Shown here: in pieces, positions 61,050 through 64,000 of the stretch | How the letters are laid out: each line of letters starts with the position of its first letter | Numbering within the stretch: position 1 is the first letter of the stretch | Assembly: GCA_965652295.1 (NCBI GenBank) | Contig: CBFGTS010000005.1 | Location: forward strand, 32,001-96,000 | Reading direction: 5' to 3' | From: an uncultured Haloferula sp. | GTDB lineage: Bacteria; Verrucomicrobiota; Verrucomicrobiia; Verrucomicrobiales; Akkermansiaceae | Length of the DNA stretch: 64,000 nt | Position numbers and translations under genes: made by a program | The notes under the pieces: model-generated | The model's database searches: none | What the model was told of the DNA's origin: nothing | The model's input: the letters and a program-made list of their open reading frames with translations, nothing else

Positions 61050-64000
61050 ATGCCCCTCCCTCGCTCCTTTCTATACTTCATCGGTTCCGCCGTGTTGCCG
61101 CTTACGGCGCAGGTGGTGATCCACGAGGTCCATTACGACCCGGCGGATGAGACCAGCCGGGAGGAATTCATCGAACTCCACAACCCGGGCGAGTCGGCCA
61201 TCGATCTCTCCGGATGGAGCCTGGCCGACGCGGTGGACTTCGTGTTTCCCGGCGGGACGCAGCTTCCGGCGGGGGGATACCTCGTGATCGGCGAGGACCC
61301 GACCACGCTGGCCTCGGTGTATGGCGTCGCGGCTCTGGGACCGTGGGAAAAGGGTCTCAGCAACGAAGGAGAAACGATCACGGTGCTGGACGGAGCGGCA
61401 TCGGTCGTGGACGAGGTGAGCTACAAGCCGGGTTTTCCGTGGCCGACCGGCGCGCGCGGCGGGGGCGGCTCGATGGAGCTGGTGAATCCTGCGCTCGACA
61501 ATGACCTCGGCGGATCGTGGCGCACCTCCGGCTCTCCGCCGGTACCGCCGGTGGTGGTGACCTACGTGCCGGAAGCCAGCACGGCGTGGAGGTACCGGAA
61601 GGGCACTTCGGAGGCTTCGAGTCCGATGGACGAATGGCGCGCGACGACTTTCGTGGAGGACGCCACCTGGTTGAGCGGGCAGGCACCGGTGGGCTACGGG
61701 GATGGGGACGACAACACGGTGCTGGGAGACATGCGCTTCAATTACTCCACCGTGTATCTGCGGCACGAGTTTTTGGTGGACCCGGAGGAAATGCCGGAAC
61801 AGCTGGTGTTGCGGATCTATGTGGACGATGGCGCGGTGGCGTGGATCAACGGGGCGGAGGTGGCGCGTGTGTTCGTCGGCGACGGCCAGCTCGGCTACGA
61901 TGCGACGGCGACAAACCACGAGGCCGAGTGGGTGGAGGTCGCCATTCCCAATGCCAACACCTTTCTGGTGGGGGGAACCAACGTGCTGGCAATTCATGCG
62001 GTCAACCAGCAGCTCGACAGCTCGGATTTCTCGATCGACGCGGACCTGGCGACACCCGACCCGGAGGAGGTGGGCCCGGCACCCACACCGGGCGCGCCCA
62101 ACTCGTCGCATTCGGTGGCGGTGCCGCCGCAGATCCGTCAGGTCGATCACGCCCCAGAGTCCCCGCTCTCCGGCGAGGCGGTTGTGGTGACCGCCAAGGT
62201 GACCGACCCCCAAGGCGTGGCGTCGGTGAGTCTGCTTTACCAGATCGTGGAACCGGGAGCCTACATCCGCCTGACCGATGCCGCCTACGAAAGCAACTGG
62301 GCGGCCTTGGCGATGAACGACAGCGGGACGGACGGCGACGCGGTGGCGGGCGACGATGTGTACTCCGTGACCGTGCCCGGAAGCGTGCAAGCGCACCGCC
62401 GGCTCATCCGTTACCGCATCGAAGCTGAAGACACCGATGCCCATGGCTTGACCGTGCCGTACGCGGACGATGGGCAGCCGAACTTCGCTTGGTTCGTTTA
62501 TGATGCCTACCCATCCTGGAGCGGTCGCTTCACGCCCGCCTCTCCCCAGCAAACCTTTCCTGCCGGCCTGATGGATGATCTTCCGGTGTACCAGGTCATC
62601 GCGAACAACACCGACGTCATCAACTCGCAATACAACGGCAGCTTCGACGGCGTTCACATGCCGGGCACGCTGGTTTATGATGGCGTGGTTTACGACCACA
62701 TCCGCTTCGAGAACCGCGGCGAGGCATCGACTTATCGATCCGGGAAAAACAAGTGGCGCTTCCATTTCAACCGCGCCCGCCGCTTCCAGGGGCGCGACGA
62801 TTGGGGGAAGAAGTACGATTCCACCTGGACGAAACTCAACTTGAACGCCTGCGCCTCGCCCTGGGCGGCGGTGAACCGGGGGATGGCGGGCCTGGATGAG
62901 GCCGTTTCCTTTCGGCTCTACGATCTCGCAGGGGTACCGAGTTCACGGACTCACCATCTTTCCCTCCGGGTCATCGATGACGCGGCGGAGACCGATCCGG
63001 CGGACCAATACGAGGGGGATCTCTGGGGGCTGTATCTGGCGGTGGAACAGCCGAACGGATCGTTTCTCGACGACCGCGGACTTGAAGACGGGAATATTTA
63101 CAAAATCGAAGGAGGCTCGGGCGACAAGAAGGAGCAGGGGAACACGCAGACGGTTGATTCGTCGGATTGGAACAGCTTCTACAGCGCCTCGGACAGCGCG
63201 CAGACGGAGCAATGGTGGCGGGATCACATGGACATGCCGACCTACTACTCAATGCGGGCGATGAACCGCCTGACCGGCAACGTCGACCTCCGCTATGGCT
63301 TCAACCATTATTTCTATCATGAGCCGACGACCGACCGTTGGGTGCCGATGCCCTGGGATCTGGACATGATGTACATTGCCGAGACCCATTGGTCCGGCGT
63401 GATCCGTCAGCAGAACTCGGTATTGAACCACTCGGCGCTCGCGTTGGAACTCCGCAACCGATGCCGGGAAGTCCTCGACCTCATGGCCTCGGACGCGTCG
63501 CCGACCGGCGGTCAGATCGGTCAATTGTTCGACGAGTACGCCCAGATGGTGAACCCCACCGGACAAGCGCAGACCTGGGCGGATATCGACGCCTTTCTCT
63601 GGAACTACCATCCCCGTAGCCAGGGTAATCCGGACAACCATTCGGGGCAGACGAATCATAAGGGGAACTTCTACTATTCGCCCTTCACGGACTCGAGAAT
63701 CGGCGGAGACTACGTCCGGACCTTGGTGTCGCAGGATCACGAGGGTTTCGTGCGTTATCTCATCGACTACACGACGGACACTTTTCCCGGAACGGGTTGG
63801 TCTCCGGGCAACGGCATTCCCGCCGGCTATGGCTTCGAGTATCTCAGCCTGGAGGCTGCCGATCCTCTGATTCCGAACACGCCGGTCATCGCCTACACCG
63901 GAGAGGGCGGCTACCCGACGAACGGGCTGTCCTTCAGCAGCAGCGCGTTTTCCGCCCCTGGCGGTGGGGGAAGCTTCGGCAGGATGCGGTGGCGCATCGC
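61050..64000 (+). CDS. Large secreted lamin-tail-domain / CotH kinase-family protein, running off the right window edge
   Basis: Absent from the ORF track because there is no stop in the window. Manual translation gives a signal peptide, VVIHEVHYDP...EFIELHN...DLSGW (LTD), then RG..S...K.KWRF.FN, GLYLAVEQ and PWDLD (CotH). Confidence 0.88.
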   Translation, partial: MPLPRSFLYFIGSAVLPLTAQVVIHEVHYDPADETSREEFIELHNPGESAIDLSGWSLADAVDFVFPGGTQLPAGGYLVIGEDPTTLASVYGVAALGPWEKGLSNEGETITVLDGAASVVDEVSYKPGFPWPTGARGGGGSMELVNPALDNDLGGSWRTSGSPPVPPVVVTYVPEASTAWRYRKGTSEASSPMDEWRATTFVEDATWLSGQAPVGYGDGDDNTVLGDMRFNYSTVYLRHEFLVDPEEMPEQLVLRIYVDDGAVAWINGAEVARVFVGDGQLGYDATATNHEAEWVEVAIPNANTFLVGGTNVLAIHAVNQQLDSSDFSIDADLATPDPEEVGPAPTPGAPNSSHSVAVPPQIRQVDHAPESPLSGEAVVVTAKVTDPQGVASVSLLYQIVEPGAYIRLTDAAYESNWAALAMNDSGTDGDAVAGDDVYSVTVPGSVQAHRRLIRYRIEAEDTDAHGLTVPYADDGQPNFAWFVYDAYPSWSGRFTPASPQQTFPAGLMDDLPVYQVIANNTDVINSQYNGSFDGVHMPGTLVYDGVVYDHIRFENRGEASTYRSGKNKWRFHFNRARRFQGRDDWGKKYDSTWTKLNLNACASPWAAVNRGMAGLDEAVSFRLYDLAGVPSSRTHHLSLRVIDDAAETDPADQYEGDLWGLYLAVEQPNGSFLDDRGLEDGNIYKIEGGSGDKKEQGNTQTVDSSDWNSFYSASDSAQTEQWWRDHMDMPTYYSMRAMNRLTGNVDLRYGFNHYFYHEPTTDRWVPMPWDLDMMYIAETHWSGVIRQQNSVLNHSALALELRNRCREVLDLMASDASPTGGQIGQLFDEYAQMVNPTGQAQTWADIDAFLWNYHPRSQGNPDNHSGQTNHKGNFYYSPFTDSRIGGDYVRTLVSQDHEGFVRYLIDYTTDTFPGTGWSPGNGIPAGYGFEYLSLEAADPLIPNTPVIAYTGEGGYPTNGLSFSSSAFSAPGGGGSFGRMRWRI

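Noticed and set aside
61071..62765. 564-aa minus-strand ORF
   Set aside because: Shadow of the LTD/CotH gene, which the ORF track missed because it lacks a stop in the window.

Overview
High-GC bacterial chromosomal segment, most likely from Verrucomicrobiota (Haloferula/Luteolibacter-like). This is inferred from three PEP-CTERM proteins, a Verru_Chthon-type pilin-like cassette protein, a lamin-tail/CotH protein and a C-terminal 'FYRV' tail. About 55 CDS are supported. The left ~20 kb is an accessory region with an O2/redox theme: FG-GAP surface protein, globin, LuxR-type response regulator, DCC1/MBOAT operon, multi-PAS hybrid kinase, MFS pump and katG-oxyR. The centre is housekeeping (murJ, tsaC, pdhABC, cdd, mnmG) and looks origin-proximal, with four parS palindromes (three inside mnmG, each read as FHVE) and a DnaA-box-containing intergenic region that is a candidate oriC. 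The right half holds envelope, tRNA-modification and metabolic genes plus a small toxin-antitoxin pair. The most unusual observations are: an unannotated 24-aa, lipobox-only micro-ORF with its own leaderless promoter inside the pdh cluster; a receiver domain fused to a domain resembling the DUF499 ATPase C-terminus; a uORF plus terminator attenuator before the MFS pump; a shared operator before the globin and FG-GAP genes; and a REPIN-like dispersed repeat. No rRNA, tRNA, CRISPR array or transposase was recognised. All calls were made by eye, without database searches.
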